A DNA stretch of 64,000 nt from an uncultured Holophagae bacterium (GCA_963797055.1 CAWCOD010000005.1:189995-253994), one strand, 5' to 3'; positions 18,139 through 26,645 are shown, numbered from the stretch's first letter. The notes: generated by a model not told the origin, from the sequence alone. Program-made: numbers and translations.

Positions 18139-19512
18139 CTACGAGGTCACAACAAGCTGTCCCATGAACTCACGGACGTCGTCGTACTCCTCGGTGCGGG
18201 CGATGGCGGCCTGCATTCGGAGCACGTCCCCAGGTGTGGCGATGCCCTCGGCCAGGGCCGCGAACTTGCCGGCGATCTCGGCGTCGGTGAGCGGATTTCG
18301 GGGGTCGCCCTTGGGGTAGTCGAGCTGGGTGGAGAGGCTCCGGCCGTCGGTCGTCGCGATCTCCACCCGCACCCTCTGCAGCTCTGGAAACACGGCCTCG
18401 ATCTCGGGATCGGCAATCACCTTCACCTTGTCCAGCTGGGCGCGGATTCTGGGGTCCATGATCTTGGCGTCGGTGAATTGAAGGGGGGTCACCTGACGCT
18501 CCGCCACGGCCGCTGCGATGACGTACGGCAGCGAGTGGTCGGCGGTCTCCTTGGTGCGCGGATCGTACTTCGACGGGTCGGCCAGGATGTCCGCTGCGCG
18601 AGCCAGTGAATGGATGGTCACGGTGGCGATCTCGTCGGGATCGAGGTCGTTGTCGATCACCAGATCCAGGGTGGCTGAGATGGGGGCGTGGGTGAGGGCC
18701 TCGGTGGGGAAGAACTTCATGCCGCACTGCAGGATCCGCCAGGAATCGCCGAGGCCGTCGGTGAGGATGTGGAATTGCCAGTCGGTGTCAAAAACGTGAC
18801 TGAAACCCTCCTTGCCGTCGAGGACGTGCTCGGGTCCTGTGTAACCCTGTTCTGCGAGCAGCGCAGCCAGGACGCCGGACTGGGTGGCCATGGGATCCAC
18901 CGTGTTTTTCATCATCGTGAGTTTGCCCGCCGTTACCGACCCGGTGGTGCAGTGCCGCGAAGCCGATATTCCGATGGCGTGCTGGATTTGCTCGGCGTCG
19001 AGGCCGAGCATGCGTCCCGCTGCGATGGGGGAGGCCACGGCGGTCAGGGTCGCGTGGTGCCAGCCGATCTCCCGGACTCCGGGGTGGGAGACTTCACACA
19101 GTCGCTGCTCAAACTCATAGGCCAGCGCGGTGCCAAGGATGAGGTCACGTGCCGAACCCCCCGCCCTCTCGGCGGCTGCCATGGCAGCCGGGATGATGTC
19201 CGATGGGTGGGAAGGGTCCTGCTTCCAGTAGATGTCGTTATAGTCCATGACGCGGATCATCAGCGCGTTCAGCAGTGACGCCGACACGGGATCCCACCGT
19301 TCGCCTGTGACCAGCACGGTGGCGTCGCCGGAACCGGCAACCTCCGTCAGCACCCTCCTGGCAAGGGCGACATCGTGCTGCTGGGCTCCGCCCAGAGCAC
19401 AGCCCACGGAGTCCATCAGATACCGCTTGACCTCGTTGACGACATTCGGCGGCAGATCCTCGAATCTCGTCGCTGCGGCCCACTCGGCCATGGTTCGGGT
19501 CACGTTGGGCAT
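18139..19512 (-). CDS. MmgE/PrpD family protein (2-methylcitrate dehydratase-like)
   Basis: Family-typical N-terminus: MAEWAAATRFEDLPPNVVNEVKRYLMDSVGCALGG. I prefer ATG 19512, which follows GGAGGA by 5 nt (rc reads atGGAGGAatctATG). The alternative is ATG 19524. Confidence 0.8.
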   Translation of the reverse strand: MPNVTRTMAEWAAATRFEDLPPNVVNEVKRYLMDSVGCALGGAQQHDVALARRVLTEVAGSGDATVLVTGERWDPVSASLLNALMIRVMDYNDIYWKQDPSHPSDIIPAAMAAAERAGGSARDLILGTALAYEFEQRLCEVSHPGVREIGWHHATLTAVASPIAAGRMLGLDAEQIQHAIGISASRHCTTGSVTAGKLTMMKNTVDPMATQSGVLAALLAEQGYTGPEHVLDGKEGFSHVFDTDWQFHILTDGLGDSWRILQCGMKFFPTEALTHAPISATLDLVIDNDLDPDEIATVTIHSLARAADILADPSKYDPRTKETADHSLPYVIAAAVAERQVTPLQFTDAKIMDPRIRAQLDKVKVIADPEIEAVFPELQRVRVEIATTDGRSLSTQLDYPKGDPRNPLTDAEIAGKFAALAEGIATPGDVLRMQAAIARTEEYDDVREFMGQLVVTS

Positions 19513-19677
19513 AGATTCCTCCATTGCGTGGTGATCCCCCGTCGGCGCGAGGGCGGGGAGATTGTATCTCATACCCCCGCCCCATCCGGTGTGGAAAATC
19601 TGGGCCCGTCCCCCGACCCACCGGGTTGGCAGAGGAAACCAATTGCCCTGATGCCGTCATGGCCCCATAGCCGGCGC

Positions 19678-19704
19678 GGGCGGGTGGGTGGGTGGGTATA
19701 TCAT
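19678..19704 (+). promoter_or_regulatory. G-quadruplex-type motif (GGG-N1)x4-GGG abutting TATATCAT, 18 nt upstream of cinA
   Basis: gggcgggtgggtgggtgggTATATCAT read directly. A promoter role is inferred only from position. Confidence 0.35.
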
Positions 19705-19721
19705 TCGGTACGGAGGAATCA

Positions 19722-20978
19722 ATGAACAGAGGCTTGTCCGCCGCCTGTATCGCCGTGGGTTCGGAGTTGCTCGGCGACAACCGCGTCGACACCAATTCGC
19801 TGAAGGTCACGCAGGGTCTGGCGGGGTACGGCGTTCCGGTTTTGGAGAAGCGGGTGATCGGCGATTCGGTGGAGCGATTGTCCGAGTCCATCGGCGAGCT
19901 TCTCGATCGGGTGGACGTACTGGTTGTCACCGGAGGACTCGGTCCAACGCGCGATGACGTCACCCGGGAGGCGGCTGCAGACGCCCTGGGTCGGGAATTG
20001 GTGTACAACCCGGAGGTGGAGGATTGGGTGCGATCCCGGTATGAGGATCTGGGGAGGCCCATGCCCGAGCTGTGCCGGAAGATGGCTCATGTCATCCGCG
20101 GGGCGTCGGTGTTGCCGAACCCCAGGGGCGCCGCTCCCGGTCAGATGATCTCCACCCGAAACCGTCTGCTGGTCCTGCTGCCCGGAGTGCCGTGGGAGAT
20201 GGAGGTCATGCTCGAGCGCGAGGTGCTACCCGAGGTCGCGACGCGCAGTCCCGGCATTCGCGTCCATCAGCGGACCGTGTTGTTGGGGGGGGTCTTCGAA
20301 TCGGCCGTGGAAGAGCGCCTGGACTCGTTCTACGAGCGCTTCGGGCGAGAGCATCTCTCGGTGCTTGCGAGCTGTGGCGTGGTTCGACTGGTGCTCACCC
20401 TGGCCGGCGCTGATGCCGCGGTGGAGATGCGATTCTCCGAGATGGAGTCTGTGCTGCGGGAAACGCTCAGAACCGATGTGGCGGGCGTTGATGTGGGTGG
20501 TCTCGAGGAAGCGGTGCTGACCCGTCTGTCGGCGGCCTCTCAGACCCTCGCCGCTGCGGAGTCGTGCACCGGCGGCCTGCTGGCGGCCAGGATCACCGAC
20601 GTACCCGGGGCCTCCGATGTCTTTCTTGGTGGCGTCGTGACCTATTCCAATCAGGCCAAGGAGGACTTCGTCGATGTGCCCCGCGCCCTCCTCATCGACA
20701 ATGGCGCTGTCTCTGAGCCGGTGGCGCGGGCCATGGCGACCGGAGTTCGGGCGCGGTTTGGATCGGACTGGGGACTGGGCATCACAGGGATTGCCGGGCC
20801 ATCGGGTGGAACCGAAGACAAACCGGTGGGGCTGGTGCACTGGGCGGTGGCGGGACCGGTGGACACGTTTTCGGAACACCGTGTCTTCCCGGGCGACCGT
20901 GCCGCTGTGCGATCGTGGAGTGTGAATTTGTCGTTGGATCTTCTGCGGCGCCGGATGGACCTGGTGAACTTGGAATGA
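19722..20978 (+). CDS. cinA: CinA family protein (competence/damage-inducible; nicotinamide-nucleotide amidase PncC-like)
   Basis: MoCF-biosynthesis-like N-domain (VLVVTGGLGPTRDDVTREA) plus C-terminal CinA domain (AESCTGGLLAARITDVPGAS). GGAGGA lies 5 nt upstream of ATG 19722. Confidence 0.85.
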   Translation: MNRGLSAACIAVGSELLGDNRVDTNSLKVTQGLAGYGVPVLEKRVIGDSVERLSESIGELLDRVDVLVVTGGLGPTRDDVTREAAADALGRELVYNPEVEDWVRSRYEDLGRPMPELCRKMAHVIRGASVLPNPRGAAPGQMISTRNRLLVLLPGVPWEMEVMLEREVLPEVATRSPGIRVHQRTVLLGGVFESAVEERLDSFYERFGREHLSVLASCGVVRLVLTLAGADAAVEMRFSEMESVLRETLRTDVAGVDVGGLEEAVLTRLSAASQTLAAAESCTGGLLAARITDVPGASDVFLGGVVTYSNQAKEDFVDVPRALLIDNGAVSEPVARAMATGVRARFGSDWGLGITGIAGPSGGTEDKPVGLVHWAVAGPVDTFSEHRVFPGDRAAVRSWSVNLSLDLLRRRMDLVNLE

Positions 20979-21538
20979 CGGAGTCCCTCCGTGCATTCGT
21001 GGCTCTCGAGATTCCCGACCGGGTCAAGGTCGAGATTCGGCGGGCCCGGGAGCCGATTCAAGCCGAGATGCCCCGCGCCCGCTGGGTGAAGATCGCGAGC
21101 CAACACCTGACGCTGAAGTTCCTGGGAGAGACCCCGAGAGCGACGATCGACGGACTCGCGACCGAACTCGCGCCTGTCCTGGCCGGTCTGGGGGCCGTCC
21201 GCGTCACTCTGGCGGGCTCGGGTTTTTTCCCGTCTGAGAAACGACCCCGGGTCGCTTGGCTGGGGGGGACGGCTGACGGCATCGACCCCGTTGTCGAGGC
21301 AGTGGAGAACGTGGCGGAGGGTCACGGATTTCCACGGGAACGCAGGGCGTGGGCGCTGCACCTGACGCAGGCCAGGCTCGATCGGCCGTGGCCCCCGGAG
21401 GCGGTGGCCGGCTTTATAAAATGGGGCCGGACCGTGGTGCTTGGAGAATTTGTGGCCCGCGACGTGGTGCTGTTCTCCAGTCGTCTCCAGCCGGGGGGCG
21501 CCGTGTACACTGCGTTGGAGAGGATGTCATTGGCATGA
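20975..21538 (+). CDS. thpR: RNA 2',3'-cyclic phosphodiesterase (2H phosphoesterase, LigT/ThpR)
   Basis: Two H-x-T motifs (HLTLKF, HLTQAR). ATGA overlap with the cinA stop. Confidence 0.8.
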   Translation: MTESLRAFVALEIPDRVKVEIRRAREPIQAEMPRARWVKIASQHLTLKFLGETPRATIDGLATELAPVLAGLGAVRVTLAGSGFFPSEKRPRVAWLGGTADGIDPVVEAVENVAEGHGFPRERRAWALHLTQARLDRPWPPEAVAGFIKWGRTVVLGEFVARDVVLFSSRLQPGGAVYTALERMSLA

Positions 21539-22134
21539 TCTGGGAACTGGCTCTGGTCATCGCAGCCTATCTTCTGGGTGGGATCCCGTCCGCCTTGTTC
21601 GTAGTCTGGATCGCCACCGGCAAGGATGTCCGACAGGAGGGGTCGGGCAACGTGGGAGCAACCAACGCGACCCGGATCGGCGGTCTGGCGGTGGGCGCCG
21701 TCGTGACCCTGCTCGACGTGCTCAAGGGCGCCGTGCCCATGTGGCTCATGTCGGTGTTGAATCCGGCCAGCGGCTGGATTGCGGCGGTTCTGGTGGCGGT
21801 GGTGGTGGGCCATTGCTACCCGATCTGGCTCAGGTTCCACGGCGGCAAGGGCGTGGCGTCGGCATTCGGCGCCTACCTCGTTCTGGCGCCGTGGGCGGCG
21901 GCTGTGGCCCTTGGAGTGTGGGTTGTGGTGTTGGCGGTGGGGCGGAGGGTTTCGTTGGCGTCGGTGGTGGCCACCGCCGTCTTTCCGGTTTCGCTGGCGC
22001 TCATGTATCACCCATCTCCAACGATCCTGGCGGCGGTCAGTGGGGTGTCGACTCTGATCATCTTCCGCCACCGGTCCAATATTCGCCGTCTGATCGACGG
22101 CACCGAGCCGACGATCGGCGGCCGGGAGGAGTGA
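21535..22134 (+). CDS. plsY: Glycerol-3-phosphate acyltransferase PlsY
   Basis: GSGNVGATNATR, HCYPIWLRFHGGKGVA. ATGA overlap with the thpR stop. Confidence 0.9.
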   Translation: MIWELALVIAAYLLGGIPSALFVVWIATGKDVRQEGSGNVGATNATRIGGLAVGAVVTLLDVLKGAVPMWLMSVLNPASGWIAAVLVAVVVGHCYPIWLRFHGGKGVASAFGAYLVLAPWAAAVALGVWVVVLAVGRRVSLASVVATAVFPVSLALMYHPSPTILAAVSGVSTLIIFRHRSNIRRLIDGTEPTIGGREE

Positions 22135-23135
22135 TGAGAATCAGCGTCATGGGAGCGGGATCGTGGGGTACGGCTCTGGCGCACCAAATTGGCCGGCGAG
22201 GCCACGACGTCAGGCTCTGGGCGCGGGAACAGGAAGTCGCCGACGGTATCAACCGGAATCATCGGAATCCTCTGTTTCAGAGCGACATGGACGTCAATCG
22301 GGCGGTCGTGGCTGATACGGACGTGGTTGCGGTCGGGGAGTTTTCCCAGGTGTGGGTGTGGGTAGTTCCGGTCCAATTCAGCCGGGCGGTCATGAAGGAC
22401 CTTCGTGCTGTTGCCGGGAGCGACGTCGTGGTGGTGTCTTCGTCCAAGGGAATCGAGACCGACACTCTGCGGCGAATGGACGAGGTGGCCCGGGATGTCA
22501 TGGGCATTCCGGGTGAGCGGTTCTGTTGTCTCTCGGGACCAACGTTTGCCCGCGAAGTCCTCCGCGGAGATCCGTCGGCCGCGGTGCTGGCGTGCCCGGA
22601 CATCGAACAGGCCACCCGGCTCCAGGGTGAGTTTTCCGACCATCATCTGCGGCTCTACGCCGGGTCGGACCTCGTGGGAGTGGAATTGGCCGGAGCGTTG
22701 AAGAACATCATCGCCATTGCCGCCGGGATGATCGACGGGCTGGGCTTCGGGGCCAACACCCAGGCGGCGCTCATGACCCGTGGGCTGCACGAGATCACAC
22801 GCCTCGGGGTGAGCCTCGGGGCGGATGTCACCACCTTCCGCGGTCTCGCCGGGATGGGCGACCTCGTGCTCACCTGCACCGGGGGCCTGTCGCGCAACCG
22901 TCAGGTGGGGCAGCGACTCGGCCGGGGGGAGGAGCTCGGCGAGATCCTCGACTCCATGCGTGAGGTTGTCGAGGGCGTGCGGACCGCGCCCGCCGCCGCC
23001 ACACTGGCCCAACAACAGGGCGTGGACATGCCCATCACCGACGCGGTGGCCGCAATCCTCCGTGGGGAGATCGATCCTCGCAGCGCTCTCAAGGAACTGA
23101 TGCTCCGGGACCTGAAAGTCGAAACCCACCTGTAG
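22134..23135 (+). CDS. gpsA: NAD(P)H-dependent glycerol-3-phosphate dehydrogenase
   Basis: MRISVMGAGSWGTALA Rossmann motif, GALKNIIAIAAG, TCTGGLSRNRQVG. The start overlaps the plsY stop by 1 nt. The ORF-track start 21441 is an upstream read-through. Confidence 0.9.
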   Translation: MRISVMGAGSWGTALAHQIGRRGHDVRLWAREQEVADGINRNHRNPLFQSDMDVNRAVVADTDVVAVGEFSQVWVWVVPVQFSRAVMKDLRAVAGSDVVVVSSSKGIETDTLRRMDEVARDVMGIPGERFCCLSGPTFAREVLRGDPSAAVLACPDIEQATRLQGEFSDHHLRLYAGSDLVGVELAGALKNIIAIAAGMIDGLGFGANTQAALMTRGLHEITRLGVSLGADVTTFRGLAGMGDLVLTCTGGLSRNRQVGQRLGRGEELGEILDSMREVVEGVRTAPAAATLAQQQGVDMPITDAVAAILRGEIDPRSALKELMLRDLKVETHL

Positions 23136-23152
23136 CGCCAGTCCACCTACCC

Positions 23153-23430
23153 CATTGCGAATTGCGAATTGCGAATTTCAGATTACAGATTGCAGATTGC
23201 AGATTCCGCCCGCCCACCCGGAGGGAGGAGGGTGCGTCTGGCGGGCGTGCGACTTTTGACATTGTTCGGATTCTCATCGCCGAAGGTACTGAGACAGGGG
23301 TCCGAACAATGTCAAGGGTGGCAACCTCGGGGAGCGCGTTAGGGAGAGGGCCACGCTGAAATCTACATGTCGAATCGAACGCGCTCACCCTGTGCCTGGC
23401 ACCCACATGGAATTTCGAATTCAAAATTCG
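23153..23430 (+). repeat. Composite intergenic element, copy A1: heptamer arrays + C-box + TTGACAxTGT hairpin element + half GGTGCC cassette + heptamers
   Basis: Heptamers 23153-23205; core 23206-23362 with stem ttgacattgttcgga (23256-23270) / tccgaacaatgtcaa (23301-23315); gaacgcgctcaccctgtgcctggcacc 23376-23403; ggaatttcgaattcaaaattcg. Confidence 0.85.
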
Positions 23431-23487
23431 TCACGGCTGGGCGGGTCGACCTCATACCTCATGACCCAAACTCCGGGGGTGGGGGGG

Positions 23488-24081
23488 CTATCCCGAGTTG
23501 TACTCGTTCTTGGGAACCCGCATGCCCGGTATGAGAAGCCGTTCGGCAACCACCGTGATCGCCTTGGGCTCTTCGGGACAGGCCTGTTCGCACAGGCCGC
23601 AGCCGGTGCAGGCACCCGACCCGATCAGCGGCCGGCCGCCGATGATCATGATCGCGCGGTCGGGATATGGGCACGTCCGATAGCAGTGGTCGCAGTGCTG
23701 GCCTTTGAAGGTGACGCAGCGTCTGGGATCGACCTTGGCGATTCCGATCCGCACCCGTTCGGGCCCTCCGGAAAAGACCAGGGCTCCGTCGGGGCACGCG
23801 GTGATGCAGGGCAGATCGTCGCACAGCACACAGGCCGTCATCGACGGCGAGATGGCGGGGACTTCGCAGGCTCCGCCAATTTCCATCATGAAGATCGCCT
23901 TGGGTGGACACACTTCAGCGCAGTCGGCGCAGCCGGTGCACGCCTCGAGGAACGCCTCGTCCGGCGCCAGGGCTCCCGGTGGTCGGAGGACCGTCCCGGA
24001 GTCCGGACCTCTCGGCGCCGCCGACCGGAATTCACTGAGGAATCCGAACAACAGTTCTCGCCGGGAACGGCGCCGATCCAT
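23488..24081 (-). CDS. Tat-exported ferredoxin-type protein with four [4Fe-4S]-like Cys clusters (NapG/MauM-like)
   Basis: Twin-arginine signal MDRRRSRRELLFG. Cys clusters: CTGCADCAEVCP, CVLCDDLPCITACP, CVTFKGQHCDHCYRTCP, CTGCGLCEQACP. Confidence 0.75.
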   Translation of the reverse strand: MDRRRSRRELLFGFLSEFRSAAPRGPDSGTVLRPPGALAPDEAFLEACTGCADCAEVCPPKAIFMMEIGGACEVPAISPSMTACVLCDDLPCITACPDGALVFSGGPERVRIGIAKVDPRRCVTFKGQHCDHCYRTCPYPDRAIMIIGGRPLIGSGACTGCGLCEQACPEEPKAITVVAERLLIPGMRVPKNEYNSG

Positions 24082-24084
24082 CGA

Positions 24085-25296
24085 TCAGTCTCCGGCGCCC
24101 GGTGGGAGCGCCACCTCGTCCCATGACTGAGTGTCGCTGGTGGACATGATCTCGGTGGCTTCCACCGCGCTGCGCACGAGGGCCTCCACATCCAGCGCCT
24201 GCTCGGCCCTCGCCAATTCGTCGGCCCTCGACTTCGTGGCCGGGTTGTCGGGCATCAGAAAGGAGCAGCAATCCTGGTGGGGTTCGATGGAGATGTCGAA
24301 GGTGCCAATAGCGCGAGCCCGCGAGATGATCTCCTGTTTGTCGAAGCCGATCAGTGGTCTCAGAACCGGCATGTCGGTCACCGCCTCCACAGCCGCCAGA
24401 TTTTCGATGGTCTGGGAGGCCACTTGACCAAGCGCCTCACCGGTCACCAGGGCGCGGCTGCCGAATCTACGGCTCAGAACCTCTGCGATGCGGAGCATGA
24501 AACGGCGGTAGAGGAGTACGCGGTACTCCTCCGGGCAACGCGCAACGATCAGCTCCTGAATGGACACCAACGGCACCGACGCGATTCGCGCGGAGTGCTG
24601 GTACCGATTGAGGATCCAGATCATCCGGTGGACCTTCTCGATGCTGGCCGGGTTGGTCCTCGGCACCGAATGGAAGTGGATGAAGTCGAGCCGCATTCCC
24701 CGTCTGAGCATGGCCCACGCGGCCACCGGTGAGTCGATACCGCCGGACAGCAGACTGGCGGCGCGACCGCCAACCCCCACCGGCAACCCACCGGGCCCCG
24801 GCACGCCACGGGTCCAGAGATAGAGCCCCCTGTCATCCACCAGGATGCTCACTGTTAGCCCCGGTCTGCGCAGATTCACCGGCCACCCGGTGCGCTGCTG
24901 GACAAAGGTGCCGATCTCGCGCTCGACCTCGGGTGACGTCAACGGGAATCGTTTGTTCGACCTGGTGCATCGGACCGCGAAGGTATCCGTTTCCAAAGAT
25001 TCGAGTCTGGGGCTCAGGGCCTTCTTGAGATCGTCAAGGGTGTGGCCGGTAAACTGGACAGGTCGAATGGACTTCAGTCCGAAAACAGTCACAAGCCGCC
25101 GAGCAGCGTCCTCGAAGATCACTTCTTCGGAAAAGGTAATCAGCACTCGCCAGGCCGGACGTTGGATCGCCTCGACCGGCAGATCGGCCAGTGCGGTCCG
25201 GATGTTGTCGGTGAGCTGCCGCTCGAACCACGGGCGGTTACCGCCCTTGAGGCTGATCTCGTTGGTACTGGCGAGGATCATGGTCACCCGGTCCAT
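24085..25296 (-). CDS. thiI: tRNA 4-thiouridine synthase ThiI
   Basis: NEISLKGGNR N-terminus, THUMP region, PP-loop SGGIDSPVAAW. I chose ATG 25296 because upstream ORF-track codons translate repeats (ICNLQSAICNL). Confidence 0.85.
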   Translation of the reverse strand: MDRVTMILASTNEISLKGGNRPWFERQLTDNIRTALADLPVEAIQRPAWRVLITFSEEVIFEDAARRLVTVFGLKSIRPVQFTGHTLDDLKKALSPRLESLETDTFAVRCTRSNKRFPLTSPEVEREIGTFVQQRTGWPVNLRRPGLTVSILVDDRGLYLWTRGVPGPGGLPVGVGGRAASLLSGGIDSPVAAWAMLRRGMRLDFIHFHSVPRTNPASIEKVHRMIWILNRYQHSARIASVPLVSIQELIVARCPEEYRVLLYRRFMLRIAEVLSRRFGSRALVTGEALGQVASQTIENLAAVEAVTDMPVLRPLIGFDKQEIISRARAIGTFDISIEPHQDCCSFLMPDNPATKSRADELARAEQALDVEALVRSAVEATEIMSTSDTQSWDEVALPPGAGD

Positions 25297-25328
25297 AGCC
25301 CCAGACTTTAACATTCGATGAGATCGTG

Positions 25329-25638
25329 GCAGATTGCAGATTGCAGATTGCAGATTGCAGATTCCCCCGCCCACCCGGAGGGAGGAAGGCGCGATGGGCG
25401 GGCGTGCCGTCTTTGACAATGTTGGAGGTTGAGAGTTACACGGTCGTAGAACGTCCCGACATTGTCAAAGGGGGCAACCTCGGGGAGCGCGTGGGGAGAG
25501 GGGCGCGACGAAATCGGCTGATCGTGCCAAAGATCTTCTGAAGAGCGGCCGCACCGCGGTCCCCGACCCGGGCAGGGTGGGGGACATTCAAATCTGCAAA
25601 TCTGAAAATTCAATAGCCGGGTGGGCTGGAGGGTAGGT
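25329..25638 (+). repeat. Composite intergenic element, copy A2, with inverted heptamer + C/G-box termini
   Basis: (gcagatt)x5 at 25329-25364; core 25366-25516 with stem tttgacaatgttgg (25412-25425) / ccgacattgtcaaa (25456-25469). The right end GGGTGGGGG + attcaaatctgcaaatctgaaaattc (25577-25614) mirrors the left end. Confidence 0.85.
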
Positions 25639-25639
25639 G

Positions 25640-26643
25640 TCAGGGTGAGATCCAGATCGGACGCGGCGAAAAGCTGAGCACGAAGATGACCAGTGCCAAC
25701 CAGCCGACCCATTTCCGCCGGTCATCCAGCGGGCGATGCTCGTCGAGCACCCTTGGATGACGGGGCCCGAGGACCATGATGATCACCGACCAGACCCACC
25801 AGCCCGGCCACAGGAATCCGAGGCGACCAGCGCCGCCACCAGTGGCCACGCCGCGATCTGGTGGAAACGTCCGAATAAAGCGTAGGTCACGTGACCCCCA
25901 TCGAGCTGAAAGAACGGGAGCATGTTCAGGGCCGTCACGAAGAGGCCGAACCAAGCCGCCCACGCCGTTGGGTGGAGCATGATGTCCTCACCGACGCCGA
26001 GTTCACCAAAAAACAGGACTCTGGCGACGAATCTGAAGAGGATCGGCTCGCCGAAATAGACCGCTGTGGAGTCGGGTACCGCCTGCACGCCGGAGGCGGC
26101 CACTCCGAGAACGAGGAATGGCAGCAGGGTGACGAAACCGGCAATCGGTCCCGACGCGCCAACATCCATCAGTTGACGGCGACTGCGGATGGGGTCCTTG
26201 ATGCGGATCACGGCGCCAAGAGTGCCCGGGCTGAAGAGCAGCGGAACCGGCATGGGTAGAAAGTAGGGAGGCGTGGCGCGAAGACCGTGCCGCCTGGCCG
26301 CGAAGTAGTGGCCGAGTTCGTGGGCGAGCAAGATCGTCATCAGGGGTAGGGAGAATTTGAGGCCTTCCACGACCAGTCGAGGATCGGTGACCCGATCCAA
26401 GAGATCGGGGCTCGGGAGCCAACCGTAGTAGAGACCACCGCAGAAGGTGGAGGATGCCAGGGTCAGCGCGAAAAGGAGCCCGTGCAGCCACCACCGGGGT
26501 GGACGGGGCGGCGGTGGTTCGTGGAGTTCGAATGGAAGGGGAATCTCGTCCGCCGTCCGAACCGTGGAATGTGGCGGACGAGAATTCGCCCCGGCGGGGT
26601 CACCGCCGGGGCGATTGGGTTGTGTGAGATTGTCGCGGTCCAC
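25640..26643 (-). CDS. Site-2 protease family (peptidase M50) membrane metalloprotease; frame break near 25830
   Basis: HELGH zinc motif and NMLPFFQLDGGH. ORF 25783..26643 ends ..AAWPLVAALVA, and the protein continues as LGFLWPGWWVWSVIIMVLG.. in ORF 25640..25963. The span of 1004 nt is not a multiple of 3. Confidence 0.75.
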
Positions 26644-26645
26644 GC

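Noticed and set aside
23256-23270. TTGACA in the hairpin arms as a -35 promoter hexamer
   Set aside because: No consistent -10 hexamer lies 16-18 nt downstream across copies, and the hexamer is conserved together with its complementary arm. Structure explains it better.
25329-25364. Tandem 7-8 nt arrays as possible CRISPR arrays
   Set aside because: The units are contiguous with no spacers, far shorter than CRISPR repeats, and no cas genes are present.
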